A DNA stretch of 64,000 nucleotides, from contig JABHCP010000007.1 of NCBI GenBank assembly GCA_018673485.1, forward strand, positions 9,890 to 73,889, written 5' to 3'. Shown piece after piece: positions 18,543-27,285 of the stretch; positions within the stretch are counted from its first letter, which is position 1; each line of letters opens with the position of its first letter. The stretch is from Candidatus Uhrbacteria bacterium (GTDB taxonomy: Bacteria; Patescibacteriota; Patescibacteriia; UBA9934). Under the pieces are notes generated by a model. The model was not told the origin of the DNA. It searched no databases and saw nothing but the letters and a program-made list of their open reading frames with translations. The position numbers and the translations under genes are program-made.

Positions 18543-20165
18543 ATGTCACCACCGATCACAAAAGCAGAAGTTCTAGCAACGTTTGGCGATGTTGGCTTTG
18601 CCACGATCCGTGAGCAACTGCAAAGCGCAATCGGCAACAGCGATGTCTCCCTCCTCTTGAACCAAACCGGCCTTCGCGCAAAGCTAGCCAAAGCGGCCAT
18701 GGAGCATCCGCAAGGTGCTGCTGTTGGCATTGATGTTTTGACAACTCTTGTTGGCAGAATGGCCAGCCACTACAACCCCTTGCTTGGAAAGACAGTTGAT
18801 GAGCTGGGTGAAGGTGTAGCCTACGGGCTCCGTGATCTAGCTCAAGAAGCTCGAAATGGCACAGCTATCACCGCTGGCAACGTCGAAACTGCCCTGCAAC
18901 AGGCTGACAAAACCATGGCGGTCATCAAAGAACAGCGCAGCGCAAAACTCGCTGAACTCCATGTTGGGCAGCGTCGCGCATTCTTTGCCCTTCTGCTCGC
19001 CAGCCGAGAAGAAGAGCACTTTGACAATACGCCCGCTTGGGCGCTTGACCCGCTTGCAGCACGCCGAAGGCGCCATGGCCAACGTGGATTCCGCGGACTC
19101 GAAGGTCGCGCGTTTCAGACTGAGGCTGGACTGCTCTGGTTGCTCGAAACCGACATCGAAATGCTCAAGCAAGTCCTGCCAAGCGACAAGAGCTTTGACC
19201 AGGTGTACTACTACCCTTCGCGCTGCTGCCAAGAGGCAATCACCGCGGCTACGACCTGCAAGTCTATGCCAATGCAAAAGGCGCTTGACGTCATCGACCT
19301 GATGGTCGACAAAGAAGACCTCAAGCAAAGAGCTGGCAGAACTGCTGGTTGGATCCTAGACACTGCGCGCAGTGCGGCAACCACTGCTCTGATCGCTTAT
19401 CCAGTGTTCATGATCGTCATGTTCGCGCTCTTCTTTACCGCAGCAATCATCTTCTTGGTATGCCACGCAACGCTCCTATTTGCCCCCACTGCGCCGACCT
19501 GGGCTGTTGTAACGATAATCCTGGCCTACCTTGCCTTGCTGCTCTTCCGCTACACATTTACGTTGGTGGACACATTCCATGCCTTTGTTGGCTGGCTTGT
19601 GCAACGGCTTGATGTGACGCGTGAAGATGCGCTCGTAGGCACGATCGCACGTGGCCTCTTGGGCATCTTTGGTAAAGAAGACTTGCTCAAACAGACTCCG
19701 CGTGGAGAAAAGAGGGAATACTCATGGGCAGTCCACTTTGCTGGAACGGCGTTCATCGCCGCAACAGCACTTGCCGCCCTGACCGTACTCCACTACTTTA
19801 TGGGACGAGGTATTGGCCCAGCGTTCATCATCATCCTCACAGAGCTCCTCATCCTCCTAGCAGTTGAGCTCCCACGACGAATGTCAGCCCTGATCCCGCA
19901 TAGCGACAAGATCCAGGACGCCCGTTGGATGCGGAAATGGGTGACGCGTGGTGCTGTAACACTCATCGTTCTGACGGCCATCATCTCGATTGTGGGCTGG
20001 AACACTACCAGCTGGCTCGTGAGCCAAGTTCGCTCAGAACAGGTCACGAATCCAGCCGAAGCTGGTGCTCCAGAGCACAGCTCACCTAAGCTCGAGCGCG
20101 CCTGCGCGCACTGTCGCGAACACGATGGTTGCAGCGACGTGCTCAAGGCCAAGTGTGGTCTCTAG
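18543..20165 (+). CDS. hypothetical membrane protein (soluble N-terminal domain plus about 6 TM) in a high-GC island
   Basis: 540 aa; promoter-like TTGACA-17-TAAATT upstream at about 18435. Confidence 0.55.
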   Translation: MSPPITKAEVLATFGDVGFATIREQLQSAIGNSDVSLLLNQTGLRAKLAKAAMEHPQGAAVGIDVLTTLVGRMASHYNPLLGKTVDELGEGVAYGLRDLAQEARNGTAITAGNVETALQQADKTMAVIKEQRSAKLAELHVGQRRAFFALLLASREEEHFDNTPAWALDPLAARRRRHGQRGFRGLEGRAFQTEAGLLWLLETDIEMLKQVLPSDKSFDQVYYYPSRCCQEAITAATTCKSMPMQKALDVIDLMVDKEDLKQRAGRTAGWILDTARSAATTALIAYPVFMIVMFALFFTAAIIFLVCHATLLFAPTAPTWAVVTIILAYLALLLFRYTFTLVDTFHAFVGWLVQRLDVTREDALVGTIARGLLGIFGKEDLLKQTPRGEKREYSWAVHFAGTAFIAATALAALTVLHYFMGRGIGPAFIIILTELLILLAVELPRRMSALIPHSDKIQDARWMRKWVTRGAVTLIVLTAIISIVGWNTTSWLVSQVRSEQVTNPAEAGAPEHSSPKLERACAHCREHDGCSDVLKAKCGL

Positions 20166-20293
20166 GTAGCTCCCGACTCGCCCGCCCCCTCCCTCGTGAG
20201 GTGTGGCGGGTTTGTGCTTGGGGCAGAATACAGCCGAAGGTCCTGAGCGAGCAAAGCGAGTCGAAGGGAACCCAGCTCATTAAGCTAAACTTC

Positions 20294-20323
20294 CCAGGTT
20301 GAACCTCTGAGGTTCAACCTTGG
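20294..20323. repeat. GGTTGAACC inverted repeat
   Basis: CCAGGTTGAACC-TCTGA-GGTTCAACCTTGG; a perfect 30-bp relative at 48259..48288; both lie at borders of high-GC islands. Confidence 0.6.
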
Positions 20324-20345
20324 TTTCATAATGACACAGTAGAAA

Positions 20346-20385
20346 CAAAAAAACCCCCGAGGTTAGTCAGGGGTTTTCTTTTCTT
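20346..20385 (-). terminator. intrinsic terminator of the pilin-like array
   Basis: A-run, CCCCCGAGG...CAGGGG hairpin, T-run directly 3' of 20394..20774. Confidence 0.6.
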
Positions 20386-20393
20386 CTTTTTTG

Positions 20394-20774
20394 CTAACCA
20401 GCGAGGCCTGCAGTGGTCAGTGACGTAATCACGAAGTTTGAAATCGCGTACGCTGCCAAAAGGATAATTAATCCGATTACAGCATTGATCATGATGTCCT
20501 TTGCCTTTTGAGTCTTGTCTGACTCACCACCGGCTGTCATCCACAAGAATCCTGCGTAGATAACAAGAACTAGCAAGATGATTCCCAATAGAGTAAGGAA
20601 AACTTTGATCAGGTCTCCGATCGTCGCGGCAAGTGGCTCGTCTGAGAACTCTGCAGCTAAAGCTGCACTATCAAGCTCAGTACTAATGTCCTGTGCGTGA
20701 ACTGGTGCTGCAAGCATTGGAACTGACAACAGTCCGATTGCGAGCAATGCGCCTAGTTTTTTGAGATATCCCAT
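20394..20774 (-). CDS. TrbC/VirB2-family pilin-like protein (paralog 1)
   Basis: Sec signal ending AHAQ; two C-terminal TM helices with the loop IYAGFLWMTAGGESDKTQKAKD. Confidence 0.7.
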   Translation of the reverse strand: MGYLKKLGALLAIGLLSVPMLAAPVHAQDISTELDSAALAAEFSDEPLAATIGDLIKVFLTLLGIILLVLVIYAGFLWMTAGGESDKTQKAKDIMINAVIGLIILLAAYAISNFVITSLTTAGLAG

Positions 20775-20836
20775 AGTAATAAATTAATAACTCTTTTAAT
20801 TAGTAATCTTATTTTAACATTTTTTGTAATCCTACG

Positions 20837-21190
20837 CTATATAGCCAACTGTATAGAATCGATAACGAAATTCGAAATTGCATACGCTGCCAATAGGATA
20901 ATTAGTCCAATCACGGCATTGATCATGAAATCTTTTGCCTTCTTAGTCTTATCCGTCTCACCACCAGCTGTCATCCACAGGAATCCTGCGTAGATCATTA
21001 TCAACAATAATATTATACCGAGTATCGAAAGCGCAACACCGATTATACCACCAATCATTACTGGCAAAGTAGCCTCTGAGAACCCGACTTGACCCTGCGC
21101 ATCGTCAACTTGGCTAGTGAAATCAAGCGCCCAAACAGTCACGGGGCTCGCCAGCACCAAACAAACAATTGAAAAAACTAACTTCTTCAT
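20837..21190 (-). CDS. TrbC/VirB2-family pilin-like protein (paralog 2)
   Basis: start taken at MKKLVFS; IYAGFLWMTAGGETDKTKKAKD loop. Confidence 0.7.
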   Translation of the reverse strand: MKKLVFSIVCLVLASPVTVWALDFTSQVDDAQGQVGFSEATLPVMIGGIIGVALSILGIILLLIMIYAGFLWMTAGGETDKTKKAKDFMINAVIGLIILLAAYAISNFVIDSIQLAI

Positions 21191-21555
21191 AATGATGGGG
21201 CGTTGAGCGCTGTAAAGATGTATGTCGTAATGGCGTATGCTGCTGTGATAATTATTACACCGATCACAGCACGAATCATTAAGTCTTTTGCTTTTTGAAC
21301 TTGATCGGAGGCTCCACCGGCTGTCATCCATAGGAATCCCGCGTATACCATCAGTACCAAAAAGATCAGACCAACGAGCGCTAATGCTGGGGTAATAATC
21401 TTAGTTCCAACCCATTGACCAAGAGTTTGATCAAGAGTTCCATAAACCTCGGCACCTGTAGCATCCAAGCCAGTTTCGGATGGATCTAGCTGCGCAAAGA
21501 CAAGTGTGGGGCCAAGAAGCAGCGCAACGGCTGCAAGGGCGATGTATTTTCGCAT
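21187..21555 (-). CDS. TrbC/VirB2-family pilin-like protein (paralog 3)
   Basis: start taken at MRKYIAL; VYAGFLWMTAGGASDQVQKAKD loop. Confidence 0.7.
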   Translation of the reverse strand: MRKYIALAAVALLLGPTLVFAQLDPSETGLDATGAEVYGTLDQTLGQWVGTKIITPALALVGLIFLVLMVYAGFLWMTAGGASDQVQKAKDLMIRAVIGVIIITAAYAITTYIFTALNAPSL

Positions 21556-21601
21556 AGCCAAGTGCCAGCACGTATGTGCTGGCAAAAGGTCATAAGAAAA
21601 T

Positions 21602-22006
21602 TTAACCAGCTGAGGCGGTAATCACGGAATCGATCACAAAACTTGTAATCGCAAACGCTGACAAGATAATCGCCAGTCCGATAACACCAGCAATTAAGAG
21701 TCGTTTCGCTTCCGAGACTTTGTCTTCGTTTCCACTTGCTGTCATCCACTTAAATCCACCCAAGAGAACCATTACTACTGCAATAATTCCAAGGAATCCA
21801 AGGAAAACGCGAATAAGATTCCCAATAGTCTCTTTTAGGTTGGCTTGTCCGAGCCCTGAACTATCTGAAAAATCGTCATCAAAGAAATCTGAAGTATCAA
21901 GTTGCTGTGCGTGAGCAACAGGAACGTTTGTAGCGAAAGTCATTGTTCCCAACAGAGGGATCGCTACTAAGAAACTAAGTGCGAATAGTGATAGCGCTTT
22001 TGTCAT
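21602..22006 (-). CDS. TrbC/VirB2-family pilin-like protein (paralog 4)
   Basis: signal peptide; LLGGFKWMTASGNEDKVSEAKR loop. Confidence 0.65.
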   Translation of the reverse strand: MTKALSLFALSFLVAIPLLGTMTFATNVPVAHAQQLDTSDFFDDDFSDSSGLGQANLKETIGNLIRVFLGFLGIIAVVMVLLGGFKWMTASGNEDKVSEAKRLLIAGVIGLAIILSAFAITSFVIDSVITASAG

Positions 22007-22058
22007 AGTGTTTTATGATTAATAATATTAAATAGTTGAATCGCTCGATTATATCTCG

Positions 22059-22126
22059 CTTGTTGAAGATGTTTAAGTTGTTTATTTCAGAGTAAACACT
22101 TTAAACACCTTCAACAATTTAAACAT
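22059..22126. promoter_or_regulatory. conserved upstream element, copy 2
   Basis: shares the GTTTAYTTCRGARTAAACACTTTAAACA core with 16841..16889. Confidence 0.5.
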
Positions 22127-22132
22127 CAGCTC

Positions 22133-22468
22133 TTAGACGCTTCCAGTCAGAACTGCGCTGAAGATTGCGTCTGTTAAAACATACGCTCCAGCAATCAGGA
22201 TGATCCCCAGAGTCGCCCAAACCAAAATGTCCTTTCCCTTTTTCACCTGATCTCCTTTTCCCATGTCTGTAAGCCACAGGATGCCACCATATACAAACAT
22301 CAGAAGCGCCAATGTTCCGGCAACGGACAATGCGCCGCTAATAACTGTTCCGATGATCACTCGTACATCGTTCTCACCCAAAGGATTAGTAAGAGTGACC
22401 TGAGCTTGTGCTATATATGGCATAGCCAGCGCTCCTACACTCACGATAATAGCCTTAATCTTTTTCAT
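22133..22468 (-). CDS. TrbC/VirB2-family pilin-like protein (paralog 5)
   Basis: signal peptide AQAQ; VYGGILWLTDMGKGDQVKKGKD loop. Confidence 0.65.
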   Translation of the reverse strand: MKKIKAIIVSVGALAMPYIAQAQVTLTNPLGENDVRVIIGTVISGALSVAGTLALLMFVYGGILWLTDMGKGDQVKKGKDILVWATLGIILIAGAYVLTDAIFSAVLTGSV

Positions 22469-22491
22469 AGAAATATTATATCAAGATTTTT

Positions 22492-22992
22492 CTATTGCGT
22501 CTGAATGATATCCGCAGCCCCGGCGCCATCTACTGCATTATCGATTGTATCTTCAATATCCGTCGTTGGAATCTCTCCAGTTGTAATAACAGAAACGACA
22601 ACGTTAATAACGGCATATGCACCCATAATAATCGCCAATCCCACCAAGGCTCCGATAATCGCCTTCTTTCCTTCGTCCACCATTCCAGCTTCACCATGGG
22701 CTAGAATCCACTTCATACCTCCATAAACTAAAATGAACATCATCACAGAACCAGTGATTCCAAAGATGAAAACGCTCAAATTAACTAAAAGCTGCATCAT
22801 GTCCTCGAGCGTACACTTACCATGGTCTCTGCATTCGCACGCTGCACTCGCGCTTGAACAAATACCGGCAAAGATAAGTCCCTGATCTTGAATCTCGGCA
22901 TACCTACCTGCGATTGATTGAGCCTGAACACTAGGCACAAAAACACCCAGCATCGCAAAGGACAATAAAAATGTTAATGCATACTTTTTCAT
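22492..22992 (-). CDS. TrbC/VirB2-family pilin-like protein with Cys-rich insert (paralog 6)
   Basis: signal peptide VQAQ; CSSASAACECRDHGKC insert; VYGGMKWILAHGEAGMVDEGKK loop. Confidence 0.6.
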   Translation of the reverse strand: MKKYALTFLLSFAMLGVFVPSVQAQSIAGRYAEIQDQGLIFAGICSSASAACECRDHGKCTLEDMMQLLVNLSVFIFGITGSVMMFILVYGGMKWILAHGEAGMVDEGKKAIIGALVGLAIIMGAYAVINVVVSVITTGEIPTTDIEDTIDNAVDGAGAADIIQTQ

Positions 22993-23084
22993 ACGGTATT
23001 ATTATAACACGGAGTATGCAGTAGGCGGTATACAGCCGTGCCCGCCCGAAGCCCAGAGGGCGAAGGAGGGTGCTCAGTGCATAA

Positions 23085-23114
23085 ATCAAAAAACCGGCGT
23101 CTACCGGTTCTTTT
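23085..23114. terminator. bidirectional intrinsic terminator
   Basis: A6-ACCGG-CGTCTA-CCGGT-T4 directly 3' of pgi. Confidence 0.6.
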
Positions 23115-23123
23115 AATGTTCGA

Positions 23124-24200
23124 TTATTTTGACAACTCTTTTTTGAACCACTCTACGTGTGGGATGTCGATTGGATCAACTTTATTGAGCATGGCTAGAT
23201 AATAACTCGCAAAACTTCCGAACTGCAACACTTCTGCTACCTCTTCAAACTTCGACGCGCCTCGCGCTTCATACTCAATCACTTCAGCACCCAACTTTTC
23301 AAAAATTTTCGCAGTGATAGGTACACGTTTTTGAACCCTAGTGTGATAATGACCAGACTTTAAAATCAAAACTGTAAATTTTGAAAACATTCCCTTTGGA
23401 AAAGCAAGCCCCTCCATGAGGTGATGATTCAATTCTGGTAATTCGTGCAACTGCGCAAACTGCTTTGCAGTTTCATTGATCTGATTTACCAGAACATGTG
23501 CAACGCCTGTTAAATGTTCAGCGCCAACAATGAACATTGGTCGCCCCTTTAGAGCTTGCGCAACTTGCTTCGCTGGATTCTCTTTTTCCGACACATCAAG
23601 CGCACAACTATCAACTACCTCGATCATCGCACTGACCAAGGCCAACTTTTCTTTCTTAGAGATCTTTACCAAACCAACAGATTCCAATAGCCCTAGCATC
23701 CCAGCAACTGAAAATCCGATTCCGAGTCTTGGCTCCTTAGCTAGGTCGCCAGGTTTAAAGATATAAGCTGGGTACTTCTGACGCTTGGCAAGAGATGCAA
23801 GCTTTCCGCCACTGGCAATCACCATTACTTTTGCACCGCGCGCTTTTGCTTGCTTGGCTGCATATAATACCTCCTCCGTATTTCCTGAAAAGCTCGAGAG
23901 TATCACCAATGTTTTTGAATTAACCCATTTTGGCAAACTATATCCGCGCATTAGATCAATCGAAGCCTTAAGTCGATCTGAAAGCCCGGTCTGCAACACA
24001 TGGCCACCCAAAGAAGATCCCCCCATCCCAATAATTAAAACGTGATCGACCGCTTTATAAGCCTTAGGTACGTTTACGGTTTCAACACCCTCAAACGCCG
24101 CTTTCAATTGCTGACTGAGCCTCTCGACTCCAAATGCAATGTCAGCACTGTCGTACTTTGTGAAAGTCTTTGGGTTATCCAATGGATTTATTGTGCTCAT
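23124..24200 (-). CDS. bifunctional phosphoglucose/phosphomannose isomerase (SIS domain)
   Basis: VDHVLIIGMGGSSLGGHVL SIS motif; archaeal-type PGI/PMI architecture. Confidence 0.8.
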   Translation of the reverse strand: MSTINPLDNPKTFTKYDSADIAFGVERLSQQLKAAFEGVETVNVPKAYKAVDHVLIIGMGGSSLGGHVLQTGLSDRLKASIDLMRGYSLPKWVNSKTLVILSSFSGNTEEVLYAAKQAKARGAKVMVIASGGKLASLAKRQKYPAYIFKPGDLAKEPRLGIGFSVAGMLGLLESVGLVKISKKEKLALVSAMIEVVDSCALDVSEKENPAKQVAQALKGRPMFIVGAEHLTGVAHVLVNQINETAKQFAQLHELPELNHHLMEGLAFPKGMFSKFTVLILKSGHYHTRVQKRVPITAKIFEKLGAEVIEYEARGASKFEEVAEVLQFGSFASYYLAMLNKVDPIDIPHVEWFKKELSK

Positions 24201-25383
24201 AGAGTTTCTTTTCTTGAATTGCTTTTGTAATTTTTGCACGCTCTGGAGTTAGACCAAGTATTACCGCTCCCACAGTCCTACCGCCTCGATCAAATAATTC
24301 GATGGTTGATCCTTCTTGCTCCAACATACGAACGTCCTGCGCGATTGACCTATCGGTATCTCCGATGAATGTAATCTCGATATCTCCGAGCCGTGTTGCA
24401 TACGAACTTACAAATTCGTAATCGCACTTATCGCCCAAAGCATTGGTCGCTGCACACCTTCCTTGCATGATTGCGTTGGTCCAATTCCCTATGTGCATTG
24501 CTCGGTCCATAATACCATCTTCAAACTCGCAAACGTCACCGATGGTGTAGATATCTTCCTGAACCTCCAAAGACTTACTGCAAGTCACTCCACGCTCAAC
24601 ATCAAATCCAGACTCAATAACCCACTGTCCATCCGTTTGCACACCAACACCAACTGCTAAAATAGATCCGCCGATCTCCACGCCGCTTGAAAGCTTCACT
24701 CCCTCAAATTCTGACTCACCTAAAATATCAAAGGTCTCGTTTATATGAATATCAATGCCTAATTCACGTGCTTTATTGAACAATTTCTCTTGCGACTCTT
24801 GTGATATGACTCGCGACCAAAATCCACCAGAGCGCAAAATGATAGAAATTGGAATATCCAGCGCTTGAGCAATATGAATGTACTCCATGGAAATAAACGC
24901 ACCGCCCACAACAATAATTCTCCTTTGCTCCTTTGGTTTGGTTCTAAGATGTGCGATTGATGACTTTAGAATCTCCGCATCATCGAGTGTGCGAAAATAT
25001 GCGATCCCGCGCATATCGACCTCAAGCATTTTTGGTTGCTGTCCAGTCGCAACTATCAACTTGTCGTAGGGAATTTCACGCTTCTCTGACGTTTCCACAA
25101 ACTTATTCTTTGAATCAATCCTAAGCACTCGAGCTTCACTCATGAGTTCTATATTTTTGTCCGTATACCATTTCTCACTTTTTAAAAATAACCGATCACG
25201 ATCAATCTCGTCGGTTACATATTTTGCCAATAAAATTTTGGAATAAAGCCGATGCGGCTCCTGCTCAATAATCGTAATTTCAGCACTCGCATCTTGCCTG
25301 CGAATCTCCTCAGCTGCCGTAGTCCCCGCAACACCCCCACCAATAATGACAAATTTCATATGATTTTTTATTATTAGAACCAC
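24175..25383 (-). CDS. FAD-dependent pyridine nucleotide-disulfide oxidoreductase (NADH oxidase/CoA-disulfide reductase class)
   Basis: N-terminal GGGVAGTTAAEE FAD fold, second Rossmann motif VVGGAFISMEY; 402 aa. Confidence 0.8.
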   Translation of the reverse strand: MVLIIKNHMKFVIIGGGVAGTTAAEEIRRQDASAEITIIEQEPHRLYSKILLAKYVTDEIDRDRLFLKSEKWYTDKNIELMSEARVLRIDSKNKFVETSEKREIPYDKLIVATGQQPKMLEVDMRGIAYFRTLDDAEILKSSIAHLRTKPKEQRRIIVVGGAFISMEYIHIAQALDIPISIILRSGGFWSRVISQESQEKLFNKARELGIDIHINETFDILGESEFEGVKLSSGVEIGGSILAVGVGVQTDGQWVIESGFDVERGVTCSKSLEVQEDIYTIGDVCEFEDGIMDRAMHIGNWTNAIMQGRCAATNALGDKCDYEFVSSYATRLGDIEITFIGDTDRSIAQDVRMLEQEGSTIELFDRGGRTVGAVILGLTPERAKITKAIQEKKLYEHNKSIG

Positions 25384-25704
25384 CTTTTATCTCTCGCTTC
25401 AGTCCCCCGGCAATGTTCCGCCAGTTAGCCCCCGTTCATTCATTGTCAAATCACCCCGTCTGAGAGGGAGCCTGTTGTAAATACTGAGCCTGTCGAAGTG
25501 CCGACCGAACTGGCAATCAGTTCATTCATAGTCACCCAAAAACATTGACTGCAGGCCGCATCATTCTTTGTGGCCGTGGGACTCTCTGAAAAGGCTCTTT
25601 TCCGGCGGAGCCGGACCTGGCTCCGCCATGGCTTTGCTTACTTTCTTTGAGGCGAACAAAGAAAGTAAGTCGGGTGGTTTGGAGGGTGAAACGCCTCCAA
25701 TGTG
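25384..25704 (-). promoter_or_regulatory. structured about 320-nt leader between ferredoxin and oxidoreductase genes
   Basis: 13-bp perfect hairpin CTTACTTTCTTTG/CAAAGAAAGTAAG, GGCGGAGCC/GGCTCCGCC hairpin, repeated TGAATGAAC blocks. Confidence 0.35.
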
Positions 25705-25971
25705 TTAAACCTCAGGGTACAACTGCTTTCCATCCTCACCGGTAACAATCACAGCAAGTGTAGGACAACTCTGCGCCGCCATCAATACTCGATCTAATTC
25801 TTCTTGCGTAACTTCAACTTCGCGCTCGTACTTTGATTCATCAGCTGCTTTTCCATGATCGAGAACGTATGCTTTATTCTCATCATTCATCTCAAAACTT
25901 GAATCGTCAATCGCTACACAACTTGCAGCGCCAATACACAAATCTGGGTCTACTTTGATTGTAATTTTCAT
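25705..25971 (-). CDS. small ferredoxin
   Basis: CIGAASC...SCP cysteine pattern of single-cluster ferredoxins; 88 aa. Confidence 0.7.
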   Translation of the reverse strand: MKITIKVDPDLCIGAASCVAIDDSSFEMNDENKAYVLDHGKAADESKYEREVEVTQEELDRVLMAAQSCPTLAVIVTGEDGKQLYPEV

Positions 25972-25986
25972 AGTTTTATTTATCTA

Positions 25987-26027
25987 GCCCCTCCCCCTTT
26001 TTCCTCAAGGGGGAGCTGGAGGGGGTT
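25987..26027. repeat. GC-rich palindromic repeat (CTCCCCCTT-N-AAGGGGGAG-CTRGAGGGGGTT family)
   Basis: related copies at 43092..43152, 44206..44239, 46746..46777, 60269..60349. Confidence 0.6.
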
Positions 26028-26093
26028 TCTAATCTTTAAAATCAGACCTTATTGACCTCCCCTGACCCATCCTTTTGAAGGAGGGAATTTATA

Positions 26094-26615
26094 TTACTTA
26101 ATTGATCTTATTTTATCAGATTGTTCAGTTCTGCGATAATAATCATCAATCGCGTCACGCAATGCCTGATCGGCTAGTACTGAACAATGAATTTTGCGCG
26201 GAGGCAAACCACCAAGACGTTTTACAATATCCTGAGGTTTGAGATTGCGAGCCTCATCAATGGTTAATCCGTTATTTTCAGTGGCAATTACTGATGTTAT
26301 CGAAGTTGCAGCAATAGCCGACGCACATCCAAACGTCTTCCACCAAAACCTTTTAATCTTTTCATCTTTTGGATCGATCCATAACCAAATTTTCAGCTCA
26401 TCGCCACAAGCCGGTGACCCAACACGGCCCACAGCATTATATTCGCTTTCCTTAAGCTCCCCTTCCAAAAAATTCTGTGGTTTAAAAAAGTGCTCTTTAA
26501 CAATATCTGAATAAAACCATGAGTGCGACTTATCCGCGCTCACAATATCACCCTTGGTGCCCTTAACTTCTTTAGCCTTGTAGTCCGTCATGTACTTTTT
26601 GTTTAACTTGATCAA
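26094..26615 (-). CDS. IscU/NifU-like Fe-S cluster scaffold with N-terminal extension
   Basis: GSPACGD, GCASAIA and KIHCSVLA motifs. Confidence 0.8.
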   Translation of the reverse strand: MIKLNKKYMTDYKAKEVKGTKGDIVSADKSHSWFYSDIVKEHFFKPQNFLEGELKESEYNAVGRVGSPACGDELKIWLWIDPKDEKIKRFWWKTFGCASAIAATSITSVIATENNGLTIDEARNLKPQDIVKRLGGLPPRKIHCSVLADQALRDAIDDYYRRTEQSDKIRSIK

Positions 26616-27210
26616 AAATCAACAATACTTTTTCACATTTCCTTGGATCGACAACCAACTTATCATACTCATTCAACCAACGTTCTTTGATTGTGGGATC
26701 GATTTCTTGATACCAGTCCAGAAGTGGTTGATATGCCTCTAGTCGAGCTGGTTTATTCGTATAAACGTCTTTTTGCAAATCATACCATTTAAAAATCTTG
26801 TTCTTAGACTCTTGGTTCGGGGAATCGTGAACTACTATCTGCGACATCAAGTCTGCACTTACACCCATCACGCGCCATGATTCAATATCTTCATATAATT
26901 TCGCAGCCGTAACCTTATACCAAGCATCAGAAGACGCAGATTCTATTAAATCAATATTGAAAACTTTCTTTAAGAGCTCTCCGCCTAGCTTGTCATAGAT
27001 CACATGAATCTTCCAACCTTTTTCAAAATCAGTGCCTGTGAGCAAATCTTTGGGTTCGATTGAATAATCGTGCGTACACGCTCTATCAATACCGGTTGTG
27101 TACCGAGAATCAGGATACATCACTCCCGCAAGATACTCACCCTGATTCACAATTCCAAGCAACCCCTCAAACTCGAGCGCAAATCTTACATGTGTTGCCT
27201 GCATTGCCAT
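26572..27210 (-). CDS. hypothetical protein (212 aa) within the isc cluster
   Basis: ORF with balanced composition overlapping iscU by 44 nt; no recognisable motif. Confidence 0.45.
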   Translation of the reverse strand: MAMQATHVRFALEFEGLLGIVNQGEYLAGVMYPDSRYTTGIDRACTHDYSIEPKDLLTGTDFEKGWKIHVIYDKLGGELLKKVFNIDLIESASSDAWYKVTAAKLYEDIESWRVMGVSADLMSQIVVHDSPNQESKNKIFKWYDLQKDVYTNKPARLEAYQPLLDWYQEIDPTIKERWLNEYDKLVVDPRKCEKVLLIFDQVKQKVHDGLQG

Positions 27211-27227
27211 ACCTGTTTAATAAATCA

Positions 27228-27267
27228 CGGTTTCACTAATTGAACGATCGTTCAATTAGTGAAACCG
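27228..27267. repeat. 40-bp perfect palindrome centred on CGATCG
   Basis: CGGTTTCACTAATTGAACGATCGTTCAATTAGTGAAACCG, 3' of iscS. Confidence 0.8.
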
Positions 27268-27285
27268 TCCGATCTTCGTAATATG

